Below are positions 1-10,200 of a stretch of 64,000 bases of DNA, in pieces. Both the position numbers and the translations under genes were made by a program. Each line of letters begins with the position of its first letter. Position 1 is the first letter of the stretch. The notes under the pieces are model-generated. The model made no database searches and had not been told where the DNA came from. It saw nothing but the letters and a program-made list of their open reading frames with translations. Source of the DNA: Bacteroidota bacterium (lineage in GTDB: Bacteria > Bacteroidota > Bacteroidia > UKL13-3); the NCBI GenBank assembly GCA_027487835.1, contig JAIYCU010000028.1, forward strand, positions 22,930 to 86,929, read 5' to 3'.

Positions 1-47
1 AAGAACAAGGAAATCAATTTAGATTTTAGAGTAAGCATCTGTCAATA

Positions 48-407
48 TTATTTTATTTTTTTCGAAAGGATATAAGCCACAGAAACACCAATGGCATAAG
101 CCAGAATATCAATCCAGAGAAAGCCATGGCCCAGCACCAATGCTCCCAATTTGGTGGCACGAATGGCTTGCAACCAGGATGACTGATACAATTGTGTTAT
201 CTCGATTACGCAGCAAATAAGCCATGCATATACGGCAATTTTATGCGAAGGATGCTGGCTAAAACAAGTACTAAGCAGAAAAAAAATCATCACTGCATAC
301 AAGGCATCACCCGTTTCTGCTGGTAAAAAGCTAAGCTTTCTAGAAAAAATGCCCAATAGAATGGTGATGAAGGTAGCAATTGCAAATTTCAGATGGGGTT
401 TAATCAT
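48..407 (-). CDS. DUF2809-family membrane protein
   Basis: 119-aa hydrophobic ORF with the GDALYA...IEITQLY...IRATKLGALVLG.GF.W.DILAY pattern typical of DUF2809. Confidence 0.75.
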   Translation of the reverse strand: MIKPHLKFAIATFITILLGIFSRKLSFLPAETGDALYAVMIFFLLSTCFSQHPSHKIAVYAWLICCVIEITQLYQSSWLQAIRATKLGALVLGHGFLWIDILAYAIGVSVAYILSKKIK

Positions 408-431
408 AGGTGTTTAGCAGCCTTAATTGAA

Positions 432-1112
432 TTATTTCTTTAAGTAAATATATAGGCCCACTTGCAAAAAATCTCTACCTGTTTCGTCATTAATTTTATA
501 ATCAAATTGGTGAAGGTATCCAAGCATCATTGCATAAGTAGAAGAAGGCCTGTACTGAAGGTTTGCTGAAATTCTATTGCGTTCAAAATAGGGTTCTCTA
601 TCTGTAAAAAATATTTCATTGCTTGCTGTTACAACAAACTGCTTTTGGCCATCCATCAACTTTCCGAAAGGATAAGAAACGGAAAGTCTATACCTAAACC
701 TATTGCGATAGCCATTACTGGTAAAGCGCATTTCTGAACGATAGCGTTGTTCAACCTTAAACTTTAAAACGGTTTGGTTCAATACAAGTTGAGGCCATAA
801 TCTAAATTCATCATTGTTTTTAGGCACTACAAAATTTCCCCCTTCGCGGTATGTTTGATAAGTACCCGCGCCAAGTCCTATGCTTAAACCTGGTGCAACT
901 TTGTATTGAAATCCAGCCTTGGCTTCATAATAATGGAACTGATGGTAGAAGCCTAAAGAACGCAATTGCGATTCGGCAAAAACGCTCAACTTTGGCGTGG
1001 TTTGGTAGGAAAGACTAAGTATGTTCCAAGTTCCTAAACCGCTGTATTGCGCGTTGAGTAACTTAAAACTTATAGAAATCAGAAACAGTAATCTTGATTT
1101 TTTTTGCATCAT
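432..1112 (-). CDS. DUF2490-family outer-membrane beta-barrel protein
   Basis: Signal peptide after ATGATG at 1112-1107 (the track start at 1163 overlaps a terminator); EQRYR / NRFRYRL / SNEIF / FERNR motifs; alternating aromatic C-terminus. Confidence 0.75.
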   Translation of the reverse strand: MMQKKSRLLFLISISFKLLNAQYSGLGTWNILSLSYQTTPKLSVFAESQLRSLGFYHQFHYYEAKAGFQYKVAPGLSIGLGAGTYQTYREGGNFVVPKNNDEFRLWPQLVLNQTVLKFKVEQRYRSEMRFTSNGYRNRFRYRLSVSYPFGKLMDGQKQFVVTASNEIFFTDREPYFERNRISANLQYRPSSTYAMMLGYLHQFDYKINDETGRDFLQVGLYIYLKK

Positions 1113-1161
1113 AAAGTTTGATAGTAACAATTTATAATGTCCATTGTTCTTCTTCAATACC

Positions 1162-1199
1162 AAAAAGAGGCTGTTTCAATAATTGAAACAGCCTCTTTT
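1162..1199 (-). terminator. Intrinsic terminator, possibly bidirectional
   Basis: Perfect 18-bp inverted repeat aaaagaggctgtttcaat / attgaaacagcctctttt with A/T tails, 30 nt after the stop of 1230..1673. Confidence 0.8.
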
Positions 1200-1229
1200 A
1201 TTTGTATTGGTTTGAACCAAGAAAACTAT

Positions 1230-1673
1230 TTAGAAAAATTTTGACACATTGCCTAACAATCCACCAAGATCACCAGCATTACCACCAGCAAGGGAACCTA
1301 AAATGCCTTGCATACTAAAGCTATCATCGTTTGGATCATTGGTTTTCTTAGACAAGCTGTTCATTACAATTGGAAGTAAGTTGTTTACAATTCCTTCCGA
1401 CTTGCTAGGTTCAATTCCAAACTTACTTGAAATTAGGTTTGCCACATGACTACCCATGTTAGACATTTCCAATCCATTAGCACTTGCACCATTTGAAATT
1501 AAGCTAGTGATACCTTCTAAACTTCCACCACCAGCAAGGTACTTTAAATGATCCATGATTCCTTCTGCAGTGGTATTAATTACTGCATCATTGTTTTCAT
1601 TCGGGACGTCGCTGTTGTTAATGATGGCGTCTGAGGCGTTTTCTTTTACAAGATTAATCAGTTGTTCTAACAT
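1230..1673 (-). CDS. Conserved Bacteroidota hypothetical protein (DUF937/YidB-like)
   Basis: 147-aa ORF; MLEQLINLVKE...IINN.DVPNE.N start, KTNDPNDDSF motif and Gly/Leu-rich tail. Confidence 0.6.
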   Translation of the reverse strand: MLEQLINLVKENASDAIINNSDVPNENNDAVINTTAEGIMDHLKYLAGGGSLEGITSLISNGASANGLEMSNMGSHVANLISSKFGIEPSKSEGIVNNLLPIVMNSLSKKTNDPNDDSFSMQGILGSLAGGNAGDLGGLLGNVSKFF

Positions 1674-1780
1674 ATTTTTTTTACTTTGATATTCTACATC
1701 TTCTAATTACCACCAAAGGGTACCCATAAAATGTAGGAATAATTTATTTATAAAGTAAATATAGAAATTAAAATGGTAAT

Positions 1781-4700
1781 TTATTGGCTTACCATAATTT
1801 TCTCAGTATAAATTTCAGAGCCAATTTTTATGTTCACAAAATATAAACCTGCAGGCATTTGATGTTTGTGATTAGTAAAAATTAATCCCCCCTTATTTGA
1901 CAAAGTAAACTCTTCCATTACCTGGCCCATTATATTAATTACAGTAACCTGGGCTGGAGCCTCTTTTTCAAGCGTATTAATTGATAAGGTAAAATTATCA
2001 TGCGAAGGATTTGGATAAATTTCCAAAACATTCATTGGCAATTTATCGGTTTCAACCATTTCTTCTAATTCCATGTTTTGGCCCGACTTATTTAAAGTGG
2101 TTGTTCCATTTAAAACAAATGTTTTAGCTGATCCTGTTCCGCAATTGTTAATGGCTTCCACTCTTAAGGTACCCGACCTAAATAAATTTCCAAATGTTAA
2201 AGATAGGGTATCTGTTGTGGTGGTAATTACATTTCCTAATGCAGTGCCAGAATGAGCGGTAACATTTGTAGCAGGAATAGTCCATTTATAAGAAATCAAC
2301 TCACTTCCATTTGTTACACTTGCCGTGTACCTAACCCTTGTATTTTTAATAGCGGCACCATTGCTTGTAACTTTATAAACTACTGCCTTGTCTGTTTTTA
2401 TAGGCACTCTAAATGTCGACGCAAACCCCGCGTTATTAAATGGCTTTACCGAAATGAAGCCAGAAGTAAATAATGAATCAAAAACAACACCTATGCTGGT
2501 AGCAGTTGAAGAAACCACTTTTAGACCCGTTATTCTTGCAGTATCGTAACCTGCAATGGCTGAATCTCCAATTCGAGAAATCCTTGAACCTTTTGGAAGA
2601 ATATATTGATAACCCAAGTTCCTAACAGGTGTTGCCTCAACGGTAAAATCAAATTCTGAGCTTATACCCGAATTTACTTTAATTGGGCAGGCATTAGTTA
2701 AAACTGGAATCGCACGAATCACAGCATTATTTGACAAATTAATGGTTGGCGATTGAGAAAGCACAAAGTTTTGATTATTTACAATTTTGGCTACCACAGT
2801 TCCTTCTCTCAATAACCCTGTGCCAGAAACCACACTTAATAGCATCCCTTCAGATAATCCAGCAGTGGTTGACACGGTAACAAAAGTGGCAATATTTGAT
2901 GCGCCAGGTGCTGAGGTATAAGCTTCAAACTTATTTTGAGGAACTATGTAAGCATTAAGCACCGACCCAGCCGAAACATTTGAAGTCATGTTGTTTTTAA
3001 GCCTAAACTGTGTAGCATTTACAATTGAGTCAACCGTGTTGGATACTCCAATTATTCCAGCGCCTGATTTTAATCTTATAATGTCTCCTACCTTCAAGCC
3101 CAAAGTGTTGGTAACATTTACAATTTTTCCATTTGAACCTACACCCACAGTTGAAGTCCATGACGGATTGCCAAGGTTATAATTAGGATTTGATATAAGA
3201 TAGTTTATTCTAAAACCAGGCAAGGTCTTCGAAATTCTTACAGAATCTCTTGGAGAAAAACTATTAGAAACTGAACTCTGGGCATTGCAATAAATATACT
3301 TTGGTTTAGCAATAGTAGAAACAAACTTAACAGGATCAGTAAACCTAACTGCTAAAGTTCTAGTACCTTGTCCTGAAACAATCAACACGCCTGTAGGTAC
3401 TGTCCAATTGTAATAATCTGCATTGGGAACATTGGCACAAGTTAGACTTAACGCAGTAGTTGAGCTTGCTGTCCCAATTTCAATTGAATCTTGATTGATT
3501 ACCAAAGGATTTAGGGAAATTGGAGAAATTGTCATTGCAAGTAGTTGCCCACCTTCTACTAACTCGCTTGTTGTAGCATAATGCGCTTGACTCACAAACA
3601 AAAACTTTCCTGAACCTAAAATATTCCTCATATCAATAACCCCTGAGGCTTCTTCTTCTTGAGTCAAAAAGTTAGTTCCTCCAATTCTAAATCTAGTAGA
3701 ATCATGTTCAGCAAGCTGCAACAATTGGTCGGTAACAATATTATAAACCCAAGTTTTACTTAGGTGGGCATTGTTGCCAGCATTTTCCTGAATTATAATC
3801 CTACCCAGCGTATCAATGACAATATTGTCCATCATTTTGATTCCTTCTGTTCCATCTAAAACGGCTGTGATGGTTCCACCAAATTCAGGATTTCTGATAT
3901 TTGTAAATCTAAGTCGATATAACCTGCTAGGATTGCTAAAGGTATTTGAAGTAACAAAATAAAAATCGGCAGGAGTTTTAGGATCCCAAGCACCATCTTC
4001 TGGTTGTAAAAATTTAGTTACGCCTTGGGCATTACTCACAAGCTCAATACCAGCACCTGTTGAATCTTTCACAATTCCTAAGTCAACCATAGTAAAATTA
4101 GTATTAGGCGCAGGGAAGCTTCCATTTAATTCTTGGCTAAGTCCTGTAACTTTTACGGCAAATAATTTTCCATTTGTTAAACCAGCCTTTTCAATGGCAG
4201 AACCAGAATCTATTTTGTTACCAGAATAAAAATAGACTTGGCCTCCCATTTCATTGTCTAGGCCAGCAACTATTGTTCTTTGCCCTCTTGAAGGACAAAC
4301 CACCACATTCTCCCAATTTAATTTACCCAAAAAAGGAAGTTCCACGGTAGTATCTGCATTATCTCCTGTTAATACATGTGCAAAGGCTCTTCCTTCAGCG
4401 CCATTTTCTTCTCCACTTAATAAAATTCTGTCTAGCGTACCAAAAGTACTAGAGGAATTATATAAGGCCGATATAACGGGTAAATCTGCTGAACTCAATT
4501 TGCCAAATCCCATTGGCATTGGACTAGCCGAATCATATAAATCATAGCTTTGGGTTGCGCTGTTCCAAAGCTTTACTTTTTGGATCAAATCTGAACCACT
4601 TTCTATAGTTAAATCTGATTTGTTGATTATCCACTTTGAAACAAAAGCACCTGTTGAGCCATGCGCCCTAGTAATTCCTTGTGCACTTCCTAGTTTGTGG

Positions 4701-7114
4701 TTCATTAATAAAGTGAAGGTGCCATTGTTGTTATCATAAGCCCCTAAACCATCTGGTATGCCGACCATTTTATATCCACCAATTGCCTCTCCAACAGTTA
4801 GCACAGAAGCCAAACTTACTTGAGCGTTGCTAGCAGTTACATAATTTGTTACCGCCAAATTTCTAGTAACTGTTATCGTATATATTTTCACAGTTACGCC
4901 ATCTTCTGCTGTTACTTTTACTTCAATAGTATTGCTTCCGACATTTAATAAAAGCATCCCAGAAATTGTTTCATTTTCTAAATTTCCATATGCACCACCA
5001 TTGATTCTAACTTGAATGGTTGCACTGTCTTGTGATAAAGTTGGTGTAACTTTAAATCCTTTAAAGGCATTAGGTACAGTGCAGGTATAGCTTTGGTTCG
5101 AACCTAAAAAATTAGGGGAAAGATTTAAGCTATTAGGCACTAAATTTACTAGGTTTGCATCATTAGAAAAAACCCTAGTGATGTTCAAAATATAGGTTCT
5201 GGTGCTAATTCCGTCTTCAGCAGTTACACGTAAATAAAAGGTATTTAAACCATTTATTAATGCAAAAGTATCAGAAGGTTCACCACTAACAATTGGGTCA
5301 AAACTGATATTATTTCTGCTAATCTCAATTAAGGCATTGGTGTCGGAAATGGTTGGGGTTATGAGAACACTAGTTGCCATTAGCTCAGCAGCATAAGTAG
5401 AAGTTAAGGGAGAAAAACTTGGAGAAATAGCTCCTGTATTTAGCGACAAGTTATTTAAATTGGCATTTGCAGAAGGAATAGCAAAGTAAGCTGCGTGATT
5501 GTTTTCAATGGTTTGAATTTCAGTATTTGAATAGATATGCGTAAACAAAAGCAACTCATTCAATTTACCCGTATAAAAAACTTGGCCATTCGCAGCCACT
5601 TGGTTGGCGCCAATGGCCAAACTGCTCACAGCGGTTCTTGTTCCTGTATTTAAAGTAGCATTTGCCTCCAATGCATTGCGTGATGCGAAAATATTCGCAG
5701 CACCATTGCTTGAGTTTCTAGTAAAGGAATGGATTTTTGAGGCGGCATTATTACAGATAACATTTCCTGCTGTAGAAACATCACCCAAACCAGCACCGCC
5801 ATTCCCAGCTGTAAATTTGTTGTTGTAAATTCCATAGGCAAAATCGCTCGTGGTTCCGTTTTGGGTAGCACCCAGCAAACCATTCATGTTATGCCATGAA
5901 GCAGCGGCACCACTAGAATTATTTACACTCGTTGCATTATAAACCACGGTTCCACTTAAGTTAGTATTGAAACTACTGGTAGTTATGGTGAGAAACTTAT
6001 TTCCAGAAAACTGAAGACTGGGTTTAAGGTTATTTAAAACAATATCTCCTGCGCTAATAGCAATTGGTTGATTGCTTGTATTTGCTTGAAAGGCATTTCT
6101 ATTGCTATTCCCACTTTGATCATACCAAATTGCCACAGTTGCTGTGGTACTGCCCGAAACCAAAGAATTTAACTCATTACTTGTTACAGGAGAAATAGCA
6201 GTATCATAAGTTCCCAAAACAGCAGAAATATTTGAATTAAGCGAAAAATCTTTTGTTACACTATCAGGATATACATCATAAAAATTACCACCAATGTTAA
6301 CTCTTAATAAGGGGCCAGTATAAGTGGATGAAAGTAACCTTAGCGCATAAGACCCTTGTGGGAGTGAAGTTTCTGGTAAGCCAACAAAATTTAAGGCATT
6401 TAATCTTACTACAGAGATTGAATAGATTTTGATGGTTGTTCCATTTTGCGCAGTTACCTTAACTTGTATGTTATTGGTACCATAATTAAGTGCCAAAGCA
6501 CTTGAAGGGTTTCCGCTATTTACGGTGGCATAAGCCCCATTGTTTACTCTAACCTCAATGCTTGCATTGGCTTGGGCCTTTGTGGGTGTAACCGTAATGC
6601 TGCCAGTTGAACTCACAACATTAGTAACATAACTTAGCGTATTTCTGCCAAAACTTGGAGCAAGTGCACCAGAACTTATGGTTAAAGTATTTAAATCTGC
6701 ATTGGCAGATTGTATTGTATAGCAGAATGAACCTCTGTTCATTAAAGTATCACCACCGTTGCTTGAACCCGTTAAAACAGTGCCGCCCCCGCCCGAGGCC
6801 GTGATTGTCCAGGTAGGTGTGTTGTCATTATTGGTTCCGTTTGTGCTTACCCAAAAAGTGAAGGGTCCATTGTTAGGAGCAGTACCTGAAGCTACATAAG
6901 TAGATGAAGTTGAGTTTGGACCCATGGTATGAACCACATTACCCGCTAAATTTCTAATTTCACAATAGGTTTCATCATAATAGCTTGATCCACTAAGAGA
7001 AATTGAGTAGGTAGTTGTACCGCATTGGGCAAAGGCAGTATTTCCTTGCCATTGGATTACAAAAAGAAAGGCAATAACTAAGCTTTTTAAGGTATTTTTC
7101 AAAGATGGTTTCAT
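1781..7114 (-). CDS. T9SS-secreted multidomain protein: three cadherin-like beta-sandwich repeats, ConA/LamG-like domain, degenerate PhoX-like propeller, Ig/PKD-like domains, T9SS CTD
   Basis: Signal peptide; three NA(D/N)L..L...VTA(E/Q)(D/N)G...Y repeats; WYDQSGN motif; C-terminal ~1020 aa aligns by eye with the C-terminal part of 7285..13998; IYPNPS...GLYFVNI...KI CTD. Confidence 0.85.
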   Translation of the reverse strand: MKPSLKNTLKSLVIAFLFVIQWQGNTAFAQCGTTTYSISLSGSSYYDETYCEIRNLAGNVVHTMGPNSTSSTYVASGTAPNNGPFTFWVSTNGTNNDNTPTWTITASGGGGTVLTGSSNGGDTLMNRGSFCYTIQSANADLNTLTISSGALAPSFGRNTLSYVTNVVSSTGSITVTPTKAQANASIEVRVNNGAYATVNSGNPSSALALNYGTNNIQVKVTAQNGTTIKIYSISVVRLNALNFVGLPETSLPQGSYALRLLSSTYTGPLLRVNIGGNFYDVYPDSVTKDFSLNSNISAVLGTYDTAISPVTSNELNSLVSGSTTATVAIWYDQSGNSNRNAFQANTSNQPIAISAGDIVLNNLKPSLQFSGNKFLTITTSSFNTNLSGTVVYNATSVNNSSGAAASWHNMNGLLGATQNGTTSDFAYGIYNNKFTAGNGGAGLGDVSTAGNVICNNAASKIHSFTRNSSNGAANIFASRNALEANATLNTGTRTAVSSLAIGANQVAANGQVFYTGKLNELLLFTHIYSNTEIQTIENNHAAYFAIPSANANLNNLSLNTGAISPSFSPLTSTYAAELMATSVLITPTISDTNALIEISRNNISFDPIVSGEPSDTFALINGLNTFYLRVTAEDGISTRTYILNITRVFSNDANLVNLVPNSLNLSPNFLGSNQSYTCTVPNAFKGFKVTPTLSQDSATIQVRINGGAYGNLENETISGMLLLNVGSNTIEVKVTAEDGVTVKIYTITVTRNLAVTNYVTASNAQVSLASVLTVGEAIGGYKMVGIPDGLGAYDNNNGTFTLLMNHKLGSAQGITRAHGSTGAFVSKWIINKSDLTIESGSDLIQKVKLWNSATQSYDLYDSASPMPMGFGKLSSADLPVISALYNSSSTFGTLDRILLSGEENGAEGRAFAHVLTGDNADTTVELPFLGKLNWENVVVCPSRGQRTIVAGLDNEMGGQVYFYSGNKIDSGSAIEKAGLTNGKLFAVKVTGLSQELNGSFPAPNTNFTMVDLGIVKDSTGAGIELVSNAQGVTKFLQPEDGAWDPKTPADFYFVTSNTFSNPSRLYRLRFTNIRNPEFGGTITAVLDGTEGIKMMDNIVIDTLGRIIIQENAGNNAHLSKTWVYNIVTDQLLQLAEHDSTRFRIGGTNFLTQEEEASGVIDMRNILGSGKFLFVSQAHYATTSELVEGGQLLAMTISPISLNPLVINQDSIEIGTASSTTALSLTCANVPNADYYNWTVPTGVLIVSGQGTRTLAVRFTDPVKFVSTIAKPKYIYCNAQSSVSNSFSPRDSVRISKTLPGFRINYLISNPNYNLGNPSWTSTVGVGSNGKIVNVTNTLGLKVGDIIRLKSGAGIIGVSNTVDSIVNATQFRLKNNMTSNVSAGSVLNAYIVPQNKFEAYTSAPGASNIATFVTVSTTAGLSEGMLLSVVSGTGLLREGTVVAKIVNNQNFVLSQSPTINLSNNAVIRAIPVLTNACPIKVNSGISSEFDFTVEATPVRNLGYQYILPKGSRISRIGDSAIAGYDTARITGLKVVSSTATSIGVVFDSLFTSGFISVKPFNNAGFASTFRVPIKTDKAVVYKVTSNGAAIKNTRVRYTASVTNGSELISYKWTIPATNVTAHSGTALGNVITTTTDTLSLTFGNLFRSGTLRVEAINNCGTGSAKTFVLNGTTTLNKSGQNMELEEMVETDKLPMNVLEIYPNPSHDNFTLSINTLEKEAPAQVTVINIMGQVMEEFTLSNKGGLIFTNHKHQMPAGLYFVNIKIGSEIYTEKIMVSQ

Positions 7115-7235
7115 TTGCTTGGGTAGTGCTAAATAAATTGGTAAAAAGTGCTTCTAAAATAAAGTAGTAAAAATAGTTAATTTAAACCTAGAATAAGGAT
7201 TACTTTAATTATTAAACTATTAAGTTATTTCTAAC

Positions 7236-7268
7236 AAAAAAGCCCGCCAACTTTCGTTGGCGGGCTTT
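7236..7268 (-). terminator. Intrinsic terminator of 7285..13998
   Basis: GC-rich 13-bp stem aaagcccgccaac-tttc-gttggcgggcttt with an A-run at 7236-7241 (U-tract on the minus strand). Confidence 0.9.
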
Positions 7269-7284
7269 AAAAAAATACTTAGAA

Positions 7285-10200
7285 TTAGTTATTTACAATA
7301 ATCTTAATTGTGTTCAAGGTTGAACCAATTCTTACTTGTACAAAATATAATCCTGGTGTTAGGTTATGGTTTATTTCGCCCAATACCACTCCGTTGTTAT
7401 TATCAAAAGTGTACTCATCAACCACTTGTCCCATCATGTTTAAAATTGAAACGTTAGCAGATGCTTCCTTTTCTTCAGCAATAACGGATACAGTAAAGTT
7501 AGTTTGATTTGGATTTGGATAAACTGTCAACTTGTTGATTGATAAATTTGTAATCTCGATTTCTTCTATCAATTCAATCTCTTTACCAGCTTTGTTTAAA
7601 GAAGTTGTTCCATTTAAAGTAAATGTTTTTGAAGTACCAGTTCCGCAACTGTTCATCGCTTCAACTCTCAAACTTCCAGATTTAAACAAGTTTCCAAACA
7701 TTAATGAAAGCGTGTCTGTGGTTGTAGTTACAACATTAGCTAGAGCAGAACCCGATAGTGGCGTTACATTTACCGCAGGAATTGTCCATCTGTAACCCGT
7801 TACTTCGCTACCATTGGTAACACTCGCTCTATACCTTACAGCGGTATTTTTGATTGCTGCACCTGTGCTAGTTACTTTGTAAATAGATGCTTTGTCATTT
7901 CTAACGCTAACTCCAAAACTTGCACCAGTTCCAGCATTGTTGTAAGGAAACACCCTAATTGTGCGTGTTGTTAAAGAATTATCAAATACAACTCCGATTG
8001 AATTTGATTTAGTAAATACATCTAATAGAGCTACAGTTGCAGTATCATAACCAACAATGGTAGAATCTCCAATTCTTGAAATTCTTGCTCCATTAGGTAA
8101 CATAAATCTATAACCAATATTGTTAACTGGAGTGGCAACCACTGAGTAATCAACCTCTGAAGTAAAACCAGTAGTTACACTAATTGGGCAAATATTAGTT
8201 AAAACTGGGGTTCCAGCTAAAACTGCATTATTGCTTAAATTTACAATTGGTGTTAATGAAAGTACAAATTTGGTTGAATCAATTATTTTAGAAACAACTG
8301 TACCTGCTTTTAAGGTTCCTGCTCCTGAAACTAAATTTACAGACATTCCTTCTGCTAATCCAGCTGTGCTTGTTACAGTAATAATATTTAAGGCATTGGT
8401 TGCACCTGGAGCAGAAATATACCTAGCAAATGTATTTTGAGGTACAATGAACGACTTCAAGGTAGCACCAGCAGAAATTCCAACCGTAACATTGTTTTTC
8501 AAACGGAATTGTGTTGTGTTCAAAATTGAATCTACTGTATTGTTTAAACCTGTGTTTCCAGTTCCAGCAGTAACCTTAACTAAGTATCCAACTTTTAATC
8601 CAGCTGTACTTGAAACGTTCACAATATTAGCTGAAGAACCAGCAGTTGCAGTTGACATCCATTCTCCTTTGGTTAAGCTCATGTTTGGATTTCCAATAAT
8701 GGCCGCAATGGTAAATAATGGTCTAGTTTTAGTAATTCTTACACTATCTATTTTTGATGAAATTCCTGAAAGTAATATTCTTGCTTGACAAGTAATTACT
8801 CTTGGCTTAGCAACTGGGCTAGAGAATTTAGCAGGATTAGTAAATCTGACAGTTAAGTTAGTAGTTCCTTGTCCTGAAACAATAACAACTCCAGCAGGAA
8901 CTGTCCATCTATAATCATCGGCATTTGGAACCGCAGCGGCAGTAACATTTACTAAACTGTTTGAATCGATTACACCAATTTCAATAGAATCTTGAACAAT
9001 GGCAACATTTCCAACTGATAATTCTGAAATGCTCATGGCAAGCAATTGACCACCTTCTACCAATTCAGTAGTAGTTGGGTAATGTGCTTGGTCTACAAAT
9101 AAAAACTTGCCTTTACCTAAAATATTGTGCATGTCAATGATACCAGATGCTTCTTCATCTTGGGTCAAGAATTTAGAACCACCTGTAAGGAATCTAGCAG
9201 TATCATGACTAGCAATTTGAATTAACCTATCGCTTTCAATATTGTACATCCAAGTTTTACCTAAATGTGCTTGGTTACCAACATCTTCTTGAATAAAGAT
9301 ATTTCCAAAGCTATCGATAGCCATATTATCCATCATTTTAGCACCTTCAGTTCCATCTAAAACTGCTGTGATGGTTCCACCATCTTCTGGTTTAGCAATT
9401 GATTTGAAAGATAATCTCCATAAACGGCTAGGGGTTGTGAACGAAGCAGTGGTTAAGAAATAAAAGTCATTTGTTTTTCTTGGGTTCCATGCACCATCTT
9501 CAGGGCGTAAGAATGCAGTAACAGCATTTGCCGCACTTCTGCTATCTAAACTAGCTCCTGTTGAATCACGAACAATTCCTAAATCAACCATGGTAAATGG
9601 TGTATTGGCAGCAGGAATGCTTGCAGTAACTTCTGTAGCTAAACCAGTAACTTTTACGCCAAACACTTTACCATTATTCAAACCTGCTTTGTCAATTTCA
9701 GTTCCAAGCTTGGTTTTTGTACCAATATAAAAATACACTTGTCCGCCTGTTACATCATCTAATCCTGCCACAATGGTTTTATTTCCTTTTGCTGGACTAG
9801 CCACTGCATTTTCCCATGAGTATTTACCTAAATATGGTAACTCATAACTTGTTCCAGCATTCGTACCTGTTAAAATATGCGCAAATGCTCTTCCTTCTAC
9901 ACCTGATTCTTCTCCACTTAAGAAAATGCGCTCTGCAGTTCCTGTGGTGCCATTTAAAAATGCAGTCACTGGAGGTAAATCAGCAGAACATAAACGACTA
10001 ATACCAGCAGGCATTGGCGAACCAGCATTATACGTATTAAATGTTTTTGCAATTGGATCCCACAATTTAACAGTTGTAATTAAATCAGAACCACTTACAA
10101 CTGATAAGTCAGACTTATTAATAACCCATTTTGATATAAAAGCACCTTTTGAACCATGTGCTCTAACAACTCCTAATGAATTGTTTATTTCATGGTTCAT

